Positions 22,801-34,462 of a stretch of 64,000 nucleotides of DNA are shown here, one piece after another (positions within the stretch are counted from its first letter, which is position 1; every line of letters begins with the position of its first letter). A program made the position numbers and the translations under genes. The DNA is from Balanoglossus misakiensis. Lineage: Eukaryota > Animalia > Hemichordata. Under the pieces are notes generated by a model, which was not told the origin of the DNA, did no database searches, and worked only from the letters and a program-made list of their open reading frames with translations. The DNA lies in NCBI GenBank assembly GCA_040954595.2, contig CM082588.2, positions 8,416,844-8,480,843 of the forward strand, given 5' to 3'.

Positions 22801-25366
22801 GCCAAATAAAAAAATGTGTTGTTCCGATTACCCTACCCTAATTTTAGGCCGCCGACCCTAAACTTTTTGGAGCTTCGTAAACCGAAAGTAAAAATAACGA
22901 TGTCAAATATACAAAATTTGTGAAAATTGCGAGAATCTCGCAAGAACTACGACTGCCAAAGATGTAAAAAATTGCAATTGAGTACAAACGATTGCTCTGA
23001 AATCAGCTTACCTTCGTTCATGTACTTCAATTCTGCTCGACACCGTCTATATCGCCACACCTCTATGGTTGTCTTAAGGGGAACATCTGATACGTTTAAT
23101 CTATGAAGCATAGATTCTGTGACGATATCAGCCTTGAATAGTTCCCCCAATCTCCCTCGTCTGTAGTCACTCCATAATTTCTCCAACGCCTCTGATGTCT
23201 GACATGCCAATACAACACACAGACACCCTTGCTTGATTTCTTGAATTGTAATTCCACCAACACTGTTCAGATACTCTTTCACCCTTGGGAAATCATCTTC
23301 AGATTTGATGCTGTAAATTTCTCTTTCTATGCGTTCAGCCTGATCTGCAGTCAAGTTGGCATTGTCGACGTAAATATGAATCTCGATATCCCCTGAAATA
23401 AAGTTTATCAATATTATAATACATTGGCGTGAAATAATTTAACTTCAGCCTGACCACTCATGTATTGAACACGCAAGGGATAAATCCACCATCTTTAAAA
23501 TCTGTTGACCGCATTTAAATGTCAGGGCGGGAGAAAACCACTTTTGTTCGAAACATCCCATAATTTTTGATGGAGAAATACATATATTGTATTGTGAGTG
23601 TGCTTACGTAATGAATATTTTACCTCGAGTTGTTCTGAAGGTATGTGTGTAAGTTTGTCCACCACCAGAAGCTTGTCCGTCGTTGTGGTCATCGTTACCA
23701 TCTCCACTTTCAAACCCGTTGCCCGGTGGAAGATTTTCACCCTGTCCTCCTGCGCTGTTGCCATTGGTGATCGAACTTCCTTGTTCCTGGCCTGGGATTG
23801 TTTCCGGGTTGTCGACCTCTGGAAAGAAGTAAGAAGCATTGCAGGTATCTAAATGTCAACATCTTTTAATTTAGAATAATACATTTGTCAGTGTTTATTA
23901 TGAAGCATGCAAATTTGATCTTATATCTACATGTGTAACACTTGGTCGTGATGCAAGATAGTTCTGATTAATCATGCAAATTTTAGTCTTAAGTTGACCA
24001 CACTTTATGTCAGTTTTTTAGTCCTTTCATTCATGATCAGTGAAAATCTTAATGACATGTAATATTTTCTTCTTGAAGACAGTCATTATCATTTACCTTT
24101 TGAGGATTCTTCCCCAGGGTCTTCACACTCTGCAGAACTAAGTGTAGAAGAATCCAACAATTTCTTTTGTTGAACTGCAATGAAACCATTCTCTGCGGAT
24201 TTATGAAGTGCTTTACTCAATTCTTGGGATGCGTGTTGAGCACGACCATATTTACACAGGACAGGCATGATGGTGTCTAACCATTTGTTACTTTCGCTTT
24301 TGACATTTTGGCAGAGTCCAGTGTCACATGACGGGACAGAGATGGCGGGGAAGTGTTCATCTATGAACGATGCAAGGCCTGATTGCTTTGGTTGTATTGT
24401 GGGCACACCGGCAGCACAAGACATAAGACCAATCACACCAAATGGATCACCTTTTGTTGTGACTATTACCATGATGTCACACTGCATCAGATCTTCCTTT
24501 AAGTGGTCCATCGATGCTTCGTTTGTGTGAAGCTGAATGTTTAATTGACGTGACGCGGCCATCTTCTGCAGTTTCCACCGAAACGTTTTGCATGGTGTTG
24601 ATGTTACAAGTCCTCTGAACTTCCACTTAGTCTTTTTATCATAATAGTTAAAATGGCGAGCAACTTTTCCCATGCTATGCGCTGCTGCTTCGAATTCCTC
24701 CAGATCTTGTAGATTTGATACTGTATGTACAGACAGGACTTCTATAGTGTTCCCTAATTCTGAATTACTGACTGAACGTTGGTCAACACCCGTCTTTGCC
24801 AAGGGAATGTACTGCTCGTGCTTCACTTGTGAATTCACAGAAGCTTGAATCTTCCTCTCATACTCATCGTATACTGATTGTCCAACTGACAGAATGGCGG
24901 AAGCCGTATTGATATAGGCCATCATTTCATCATCTACGATTTTCAAATCGGAAGGCTCCAAGCTCATGTTTTCTGGCATTTCAGACAAAACCGGAACAAA
25001 TCTCGGAATCCCGAGTTTATCTTGAATACACTTTGCAGCATCAGCAGTTCCATTCTTGCAAGCAGTGCCATAAACTGTTGTAAATGGGAGACATTTCTTC
25101 AACTCGGGGAATCGGTCAAGGGGACAAATTAACCAGTCCCTTTCCGGTTTCTGATTTCTCTTTACAGTTGGAAGAATCAACTTGACTCCATGTTTGCTCG
25201 CGTCATCCACCTCTGCGTCAGTTGCTTCCAAAACCATGAAGGAGACTTTATTTTCTCCGAGTGCAAGGTCTATCGCTATTTGTCTTTCAGTGATACATGT
25301 TGCTATGTTGCGCCTTCTAGGCGACCATTCCTCTCCAACAACCAACACATTGTTAATGCGAGACAT
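18681..25366 (-). CDS. Gene B (spliced model, 1341 aa): GT4-like + TRADD-N-like + 105-aa module + coiled coil + IFIT-like TPR domain
   Basis: Exons 25366-24097, 23818-23624, 23392-23012, 22690-22604 (GC donor), 22404-22090, 21815-21354, 20575-20463, 19883-18681. Splice sites and phases are consistent; the sum is 4026 nt, an open frame. Confidence 0.8.
19982..20187. mobile_element. Intronic fold-back MITE (TTAA-GG end)
   Basis: GATCTCCCGATTTC/GAAATCGGGAGATC (20003-20144) and GCCTATACCCCACTGACACAT/ATGTGTCAGTGGGGTATAGGC inverted repeats. Confidence 0.65.
20463..20575 (-). CDS. Gene B exon: IFIT N-terminal signature
   Basis: Encodes VTHITGLKHTAKSYEEILQRFPCHFTWKLEEFCDRSFE; L..l.CHFTW.L is the hallmark N-terminal motif of IFIT proteins. 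Not in the ORF track on this strand. Confidence 0.85.
20915..21112. mobile_element. Kolobok-like MITE with TTAA target duplication
   Basis: TTAA-AGGTATACGGTCACC...GTGACCATATAACT-TTAA; the paralogous site at ~60955 is empty with a single TTAA; second copy at 45714-45906. Confidence 0.85.
21354..21815 (-). CDS. Gene B exon: coiled-coil region
   Basis: Heptad-rich E/K/Q/L sequence; phase 1-1 exon; paralogs at 61203-61619 and 62717-63175. Confidence 0.75.
22090..22404 (-). CDS. Gene B exon: conserved 105-aa module (possibly a divergent TRADD-N/ACT-like fold)
   Basis: DDNSAMVALEVDR...FRYERE; three intact copies in the window, each exactly 315 nt and phase 1-1. Confidence 0.7.
23012..23392 (-). 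CDS. Gene B exon: TRADD-N-like domain
   Basis: Near-identical to exon 10222-10602. Confidence 0.75.
24097..25366 (-). CDS. Gene B exon: GT4 glycosyltransferase-like domain
   Basis: Paralog of 11228-12497 with the same length and motifs. Confidence 0.85.
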
Positions 25367-26920
25367 CCTATAAGATGAATAAATATAATACACATAACAT
25401 GTATGGTATGACTCGATTTGATATGGTAGGTATAAAAACTACGGTAGATGTTAACTAACATGGCACGCTAAATAGAACACTTATATTTATTGGATATCAA
25501 TCAATCAATCGTACGTCAAATTCAGTCATAATTGACTTATAGTGCTGATCGCACAAGTTCATGAAATATGCAAATTAGTAGTTAGTCGTCGTGGCACTCC
25601 TAGATAAATCATATTACATTCAAGTGACTATTAGATCAATTTGCTGTACTTTTATGTAATAGGATCGGACATTCATAATTTCTTTACAGATCAAAAGCTT
25701 TCCAACGTTCTGTGCAATTTGGCGTTGAAATGTGAGCACACTGTCATTGCCACTATTTGTCGGTAAACGGTGGTACATACGGGTCCATGATATTTTAAAT
25801 AGTATTGTTTCTGTTCGGAAAACCGATTTGATACTACGGCGTCAAAAACTCAAATATTGACATTCCAGGTGTTATTTCACAACAAAGTATTACTGTCTAT
25901 TAATCTGGCTCTTCGCGTTGTTTTAATTAAGAACTGAATAAGTTTAAAGTAAAGCCTTTGCACATAGTTTGTCAAAATACCACATCCGTTTATTGGCACA
26001 CCACCAAAAACTTAGTTTTTGAGGTTGACACATTCTTCTAGGCCTTTCAGCCTTGGTTGTCATGGATACAGTCAAAGTACAACCACTTGATTTGTGCATT
26101 GGATTTATTACATCTACCGACTGTGGACAGCAACGGATATATGCATCAATAAAATGTAAATTACAATACTTCAGTGTTTGCTACGTCCACTGCAAAGGTC
26201 ACTGTTATACATTCTAAAATTCTGTAAATGGTTGTCTAAAAAACGCCATCTTTGCATATAGAGAACATTCTGCAAGTGTGTCCATTTTCTAGGACATTTG
26301 TAAGTTAAAAACAAGCAAGACAATAAATCATTTTCTCACACTCCTGGCCACTGGGAGTGTGGGATCGACAGATTTGGATAAATCGATCCTACACTCTCGC
26401 AGAATCGAAAGATCTATATGACGCGAGCGCTGATTGGATTACAAAACTTTTTATAATAACGCGCGCAAAATGTTACCCAATGGCGCGAAGCGTAACACGT
26501 GGGCAGAATTTACAACGTACGAGAAGAAATTACAGTCAATAATTTAATGTTTCTGGTGCGAATTTGGGTATTTTTTGTCGTGTGAGAAATAGAATCTCAC
26601 ACACCAAGGACCTGGGATCCTCTTCCTCGCACTGTGACTCGTGTTGGACAAACAATCCCCAACTCGTGTGAGAAATACGATGAGGTGACCGATATACGCC
26701 CTTTGTCCAAATAGTCATACACATCACATCAGCATTGAACTTCATGGCGACTTTGATTCATATACATTTAGGAGCAATCGTTCGAATTATCGAATTTGAC
26801 ATAGCTATCTGTTTTGCCATACGCATTCGTGAATGCTCACACCTTTTGAAATGTTTACACTCCGCCGTGGTGTAAAAGTGGTCGTCGATGATTTGAACGT
26901 CAGGCCACACAATCTATATA

Positions 26921-27554
26921 TATTGGACAGATCTGCCGCTCTGCCACTTTTCATTTACGTCGCATTGCGCTTATTCGCAAATATTTATCTCATTCTGCTA
27001 CAGAGCAATTAGTTCATGCATTCATTACTTCTCGAATTGATTCATGTAATTCACTTTTATTTGGGCTCCCGAAGTATTCAACCAACCGTATTCAACGTGT
27101 TCAGAATATTGCTGCTAGAACTGTTACTCTTTCAAAAATCACCTGTCACATCACCCCAATTCTGTATCAGTTGCACTGGCTACCTATTACAGAGCGTATT
27201 GTTTTTAAGATGTTAGTTCTCATTTTTAAATCCATTCATTAACTTTGTCCAATCTATCTTTCTAACATGACTAATCTATATGTTCCTTGTCGCAATTTAA
27301 GGTCAGCTGATCAGTTCAAACTCTGCCCTGTTCGATCACGCACTAAGAGTTATGGTGATCGTGCTTTTACTGTTGCTGCCCCAATTCTTTGGAATAATCT
27401 TCCACTCACCATTCGCCAAGCACCAGACTTATCTGTTTTTAAATCAAATGTTTAAACTTTACTTTTTAAATCTGCTTTTTAGCCATTTGTTGTGTATTTT
27501 TGTTTTTAGCGTCATTGATCACATTTTTTGTGGATACTGACGCTATATAAATAA

Positions 27555-27587
<33 letters not shown>
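26921..27587 (+). mobile_element. L2-clade LINE, 5'-truncated
   Basis: ICRSATFHLRRIALIRKYLS..ATEQLVHAFITSRIDSCNSLL...LHWLP...YGDRAFTVAAPILWNNLP; 3' stem-loop gcgtca...tgacgc, AATAAA and (ATT)n tail. Confidence 0.9.
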
Positions 27588-27591
<4 letters not shown>

Positions 27592-30500
27592 GTTAAGGGG
27601 TTTAAAGAATTATATAAACAATCTATCAATTTAATAAGCACGGGTGGATTTCCTGTACAATCATTCGTGATACTTCAGATTCATAAGGACAACATTTTTC
27701 AAAGTGGCCTATGTATCTAAAATTGCAGACGACGTTTCAACGCTTTCGGTTGGAGATTTTCTACCTAATATTCACAAAAAGACCTCGGGTATTGTTAAAC
27801 ACTATTTAAAACCTTGTTACCCGGTGAGTCTGGTGGCGTGTGTACAACAGATCTGAGGTACAAAACTTCGCTCGAAACCCAACACGAGTTGGAGACCGAG
27901 TTTATTTACGTACAACATTGTAGCAATTTTTCGTATGTTTGCGCGCGCTCTGGAATCACGCGATATCAACTGAGTGTGAACGAGCTGTTTCGCGTCGTGT
28001 CGTCTGCCCAGTTTTCGTGGCTAAAACGACAGGAATAATACCCCAGTTGGCTTTAGAATTGCACATATCATGAGATTTGATCGCCATAGAAACCGCAGAT
28101 ATCGTGGAACGGGAAGGTTAGTGTTAAAATTATTGTTTTTAATCAAAGTATTGACCTCTGAGTTATGCTACGTTTGTGTCGGTGTCAAACGGACGCAATG
28201 TTTACAATACAAGGCAGCCAAATAGAATCCGAGAAATGAAGAAATGTTATCACGATATTTTGGATTTCGTGTTATTATTTCTCGGGAATTTTATTGTTTT
28301 CTCAGACGAGGTGACAGGACAGACACACGAGGCATCTCGCGGTTCCGTTTTCAATGTTGAATTTTATGTTTTGGCTGTATTTGCGTGTCAGCTGACAGGT
28401 CTTCGCATTCATCAGAAGCTATCAATATCGTGCGTCGCTGAGATTTGATTCTTCATAGACGAAAATTATTTCATAACCATACCAAATAAAACATTTCCAG
28501 AAATTTAGAAGTTTGCAGACTTTTCTGCTAGTTGTCTATTTAGTGTTGAAGTCACGCTGAACTGCCAAATTTAACACAGACTCGCTGTCAATACTCAAAC
28601 AGTGTACTTCTACGAGTGTGTCCTGTAACTGCCTTCCTTCGCTAACCATACAACAACAAATAGACGGTAAACGTTTATGCAATACCAATGAATTTATGTT
28701 TTAAAACTGGTCGACAGTCTGGAAATGCATGAACAATCGATTGATTGGATTCCTTAACGATACTATTGTATCTTGTATTTTTTTGTAGTTACACTGTGGA
28801 AATCGGCAGGCTGCATTGCCAGTTTTTCTGCACATGCGCAGTTCCTCTGTCTTGAAAGAAAAGTCAAATTTCACCAACTTATTATTGTGCATTCGGAAAA
28901 TAAACCCCAAATGTTTTCTTTGTGAACAAAAATACTGCCAGTGTGATTTTGTGTTCAAATCCAACCAATTATTATGTAAATTGACTTGTGATACCCTCTC
29001 TTAGCACAAAAAGCATAATTTCAGCCCCAAAATGGTTGCCATAGAAACATGTTATCACTAAACGGATATCATTTTTGTTCTTATTGAGCCAAGATACCCC
29101 TATGGTGAAATTTTTGTGGAAATCGGACCTATTATTATTAAAATTATTATTTTTATATAATTCTTTATTTAATTATTATTATTATTATTATTATTACCAG
29201 TTTAGGGGGTTTAAAGAATTATATAAACAATTTATCAATTTAATAAGCACGGATGGATTTTCTGTACAATCATTGCTGTTTCTTGAGCGCTAAAGACATC
29301 ATTTTTCAAGGTGAGTGTATCATGAAGATATGCCTAAATCTAAAAATGCAGACATTCCAACGCTTTCGGTTGGAGATTTTCCACATATTCACAAAAAACA
29401 CGGTATAGTTAACACTATTTAAAACCTTGTTACCCAGTGAGTCGAGTAGCGTGTGTACGACAGATCTGAGGTACAAAACTTCGCTCGAAACCCAACGCGA
29501 GTTGGAACCGAGTTTATTTACGTACAACATTGTAGCAATTTTTCGTATGTTTGCGCGCGCTCTGAAATCACGCGATGTCAACTGAGTGTGAACGAGCTGT
29601 TTCGCGTTGTGTCGTCTGCCCAGTTTTCGTGGCTAAAAGGACAGGAATAATACCCCAGTTGGCTTAAGAATTGCACATATCGTGAGATTTGAGCGCCATA
29701 GAAACTGCAGATATCGTGGAACAGGAAGGTTAGTGTTTAAATCATTGATTTTAATCGAAGAATTGACCTCTGAGTTATGCTACGTTTGTTTCGGTGTCAA
29801 ACGGACGCAATGTTTACACGGCAGCCAAATAGCATCGGAGAAATGAAGAAATGCTATCACGATACTTTGGATTTCGTGTTATTATTTCTCGGGAATTTTA
29901 TTGTTTTCTCAGACGAGGTAACAGAATAGACACACGAGGCATCTCGCGGTTCCGTTTTCAATTTTCAATTTTATGTTAAATTAAGTTTTGACTGCATTTG
30001 CTTGTCAGCTGACGGGTCTTCGCATTCATCAGAAGCTATCGTGCGTTGCTGAGATTTGATTCTTCCTAAACGAAAATTATTTCATAACCATACCAAAGAA
30101 AGCATTTCCAGAAATTTCGAAGTTTGCAGACTTTTCTGCTAGTTGTCTTTTTAGTGTTGAAGTCACGCTGAACTGCCAAATTTAACAGACTCGCCGTCAA
30201 CACTCAAAAAGTGTGTACTTCTACGAGTGTGTCCTGTAACTGCCTTCCTTCGCTAACCATACAAGTACAACAACAAATAGACGGTAAAGGATTATGCAAT
30301 ACCAATGGATTTATGTTTTAAAACTGGTCGACAGTCAGGAAATATGCATGAACAATCGATTGATTGGATTCCCCAGCGATACTATTGTATCTTGTGATTT
30401 TTTGTAGTTAAATTGTGGAAATCGGCAGGCTGCATTGCCAGTTGTTCTGCACATGTGCAGTTCCTCTGTCTTGAAAGAAAAGTCAAATTTCACCAACTTA

Positions 30501-30809
30501 TAAATGTGCATTCGGAAAATAAACCCCAAATGTTTTCTTTGTGACCAAAAATACTGCCAGTGCGATTTTGTGTTCAAATCCAACCTATTATTATTTAAAT
30601 TGACTTGTGATACCCTCTCTTAGCACAAAAAGCATAATTTCAGCCCAAAAATGGTTGCCATAGAAACATGTGATCACTAAACGGATACCATTTTTGTTCT
30701 TTTTGAGCCAAGATACCCCTGTGGTGAAATTTTTGTGGAAATCGGACCTATTATTATTAAAATTATTATTTTTATATAATTCTTTATTTAATTATATTAT
30801 TATTATTAT
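27588..30809. repeat. Two head-to-tail ~1.6-kb units (27588-29195, 29196-30809) with 16-bp subterminal inverted repeats, separated by (ATT)n
   Basis: TAAAGAATTATATAAA at 27603 and 29212; TTTATATAATTCTTTA at 29152 and 30771; no coding capacity seen. Confidence 0.85.
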
Positions 30810-32874
30810 TATAACCACTGTCATACGGGACAGAAGTTTAAGGTTGTTCGTATATCTGAGCGGTTTGACATCAGCAGTTTTCTGTCTGAAGTCACCGTCA
30901 CTTTTACACCTCCTTAGTGGCAACCAGACAATATGGGACAAATATCGGATGATTTGCCAAACCTCGCCCACACCCACTTCAGTTTAAATTATGGCGCTAA
31001 TCAACAACACCAAGATTTACAAGGGGTTTTAAAAACACGCCAAATTATATTAATGTGATGAAGTGGAATGTGCAAACTTTACAGAAACAACCCACGCGAG
31101 CGGCAAATATGGCCCAACAAGAGGTGATATGGGGCGATAACCGGGTTGAACATTATTATCTAGTCGTTTGGTCACCTGTTCTTGGACGGTCATAATTATT
31201 GTTGTTTTACCGCGTTCGCCATAAATATAGTACAAATCGCACTCTTTCTACTTCGGCCTGACCGAGAACTTAAAGAATTAACACTTTTACTCTATAAAAT
31301 ATGTCCATTTTCTGGTATGCTTTCTGAAAGCAATTCATGCCAATAAATCATTGTTCGTGACTGTATAAATCGATCTCATGTGACAGATATACGCCCTCAA
31401 CCAGGTTTTACCTTACGCTCTGTACCTTGCACGTATGCAATTGCAAATTTTACCGTTGATTCAGTATATGCACCCGTCACTACACATTCTGCCATATACA
31501 TTTCTATAATTCCTCACCTGTTGAAGAGTTTCACCCTCCCGTGGTGTTCAACGATTGTCTTCGAAGATTTAAACCAGAGAGGCTACACAAACGTGTAAAA
31601 GGCTTGGATTACGAATAATCAGGTCTCTGCAGCCTTTTCAAGTCTTGGGGAACATAAAACGTCACACCGCCATTTTGGTCGTCGACAACAGGCGGAAAAA
31701 TTGTGTGCTTGGTTATTGCCATACCGAGGCTCACGTGGAATTTAAACTTAGTGCAAGTCTTTGTGCAGCAGACAAAATCAACAAAGCGAACAAATATACT
31801 CTGGTTGGACAAAAAAGGTGGTGGGGTTTAATTTGCTATAAATGTCAGTTTCATATCGACATATAGTAATACTTGGAAATTGTAGAAGGTTGGGGACTCA
31901 GGAATGTACCACTTCCCAATCGAATTCTCAAAGGTTTTCATTTCCTTATATCATACTGTTTTAGGAGCAATGAAACGAGGCATGCACATCAACATTGAAC
32001 TTCATCGATTATGAATATGTACTGGAGACTGATTCATATACAATGCAGAGCTTTGATTTTAGGAGCAATCGTGCGTAATTATCCAATATGACATAGCAAT
32101 CGATGTGTTTTGCCATATCTGCATTCGTAAATGGTCACCTTTTGAAGAATTTTCACTCCGCCGTGGTGTAAAAGTGGTTGTCGATGATTAAATGTCAGGC
32201 CACAAACACAAGGACATTTGTAAGTTGAAAACAAGCTGGACAATAAATCATTTTCTCACACTCCTGGCCGCTGCGCTGGGAGTGTGGGATCGACAAAGTG
32301 GGATAAATTGATCCTACACCCTCGAAGAATCGAAAGCTCTATATGACGCGAGCGCTGATTGGATGACAAAACGTTTTATAATAACGCGCGCAAAATGTTA
32401 CCCAATGGCGCGAAGCGTAATGCGTGGGCAAAATTTACAACGTACGAGATGAAATTACAGTCAATAATTTAATGTTTCTGATGCGAATTTGGCTATTTTT
32501 TTGTCGTGTGAGAAATAGAATCTCACACACCAAGGACCTGGGATCCTTTTCCTCGCACTGTGACGCGTGTGGGACAAAAAATCCCCAACTCGTGTGAGAA
32601 ATACGATAAGGTGACCGATATACATGTACGCCTTTTGTCCAAATAGGCATACACATCAGCATTGAACTTCACCGATTATGAATATGTCAAGGAGAATGTG
32701 AATGGTGAATTTGATTCATATACATTTAGGAGTAATCGTTCGAATTATCGAATTTGACATAGCTATCTGTTTTGCCATACGCATTCGTGTATGCTCACCT
32801 TTTGAAGTGTTTTCACTCCGCCGTGGTGTAAAAGTGGTCGTCGATGATTTGAACATCAGGCCACACAATCTATA

Positions 32875-33773
32875 TGTGGCTGAAGCCATGCAAAAACAAA
32901 GGAATTTCGTATTTTTAATTATGAGGGATATGCACGAACAGTTTGTTGCTTTAAAACCTTACTCCATAAAAATAGTTCCCTTTTTGTTACGAGTTTCGAT
33001 ATTGTAGACTTTTAATTTTCACAGAGAAAGATGTTGTGACTTTATGTGTACCTTTGAAGGTCATTGTGAACACATCGACAAACCATATTTCGCCCAAAAG
33101 TTTTACAAGTAGTCCATCTACGATTGTCATATCACTACACATTTTTACCTCGTGTTTTCGACTTCGCTATGGGACGGTGAAGTACACCCTCGTCTCTCGT
33201 TTCGCACCCTTCGATATTTCGTTCGTATTTCGAAACTTCCCGACCACAAGGCTTTACAAGTCGCCAGCGAGGTAATATATCTTTCGGTATTCTTACAGAT
33301 ATGAATTGTATTTCGTGAAACTTTATTGTAATTAGACTTTGACGAGTTGTCTGCATCTTGTACATCAGTCACGTACATCGAACTGTGTTGCTTGCGCATA
33401 TCTGTTTTCGATTGAAATCATTCTCGATTTTCGTATATGTAATTCTTTCGATTTGACATTTTGTATTTGTATTTATGTTTCAGTTTTTACGGTTTACGGT
33501 TAACTCGGTCTATACCATTTGGTCTTGGTCTATTCGAGACTAGGTTTATTCGGTCTATTCGAATCAATCTCGGTCATTCTCGAGGTCTATTTGGCCTATT
33601 CGCATCGAGGTCTGCGCACATCTCGTCTTTCGAAGTCTTTCGACTATTGTGTACAGTCTCGTACGGTTGCTTTCGGCGATCGCTCGATCGATTTATCGAT
33701 AATAAACCGAAGACCCGTATATGGAAACTCGACTCTGACTTTTGAATATTACGGAAAAGCTTTGGCGGTCACA
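32875..33773 (+). repeat. 5' LTR
   Basis: TGTGGCTG...GGTCACA; only one difference noticed versus the 3' LTR (33396 G / 41912 A). Confidence 0.95.
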
Positions 33774-34462
33774 GTAAAAACTCGGGCGCAAGTAAAAACT
33801 CGAGCGCGAGTAGGAACTCGGACCTTCGAAACAGAACTCGGAACGGACGTAAGTCTTTCAACGATTTTATTGCTGTTCGATCTGGAGGTGAAATTATCGT
33901 CCTACATCATTGTGTGTGACGTCATCGGTTCATCCGAAGACTCGTCGTCGAGGGCGCTGTTACATGGTTCAGCCAGTGTTCGCCTATTACCCTACTGTTG
34001 AATCAACCCAGGAAGACTACAGACTGCAGAGAAGAGTGAAGATGTTCAGCGACTGTTAACAGAAGCAGCAGATTGAACATTCTGGACACTCTCCTTCGGA
34101 ATTAGGACAGAATATTGAACATTGACTTTGAACATTAATATTGAACTTTGAACTCTGAGCACATTTCCTCATTGTCATTTTGGCTTGTGTGCATGTGTGA
34201 TTTGAACATTCAGTTTTATCAATGTCCCCAAATTGTGCACATTAGTGTCACTCGTATCAGCCTTTGCGATACAAAGAGTCTCCTTTGTTGAAACTCACAC
34301 AGTTTTGTATTTGTCAAAGTGTTTGAAATTTTTCACTGTCAGTACCCGGCATCAAATTGCTTGTGTAGTTACTCCCTCGGGTTTAGATTTCCAAATTTGT
34401 ATCTACTCTGAATAGTCACAGTGATTGTTTCAGCTCTCTAGTTGTGTTCACCCAAGTTCAAC

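Noticed and set aside
27545-30810. CRISPR-like or other prokaryotic array/defence system
   Set aside because: Repeats are microsatellites and kb-scale units with no repeat-spacer pattern; the locus is eukaryotic with spliceosomal introns.
33036-34001. ORFs identical at 33036-33745 and 41552-42261
   Set aside because: Incidental ORFs within the two LTRs.
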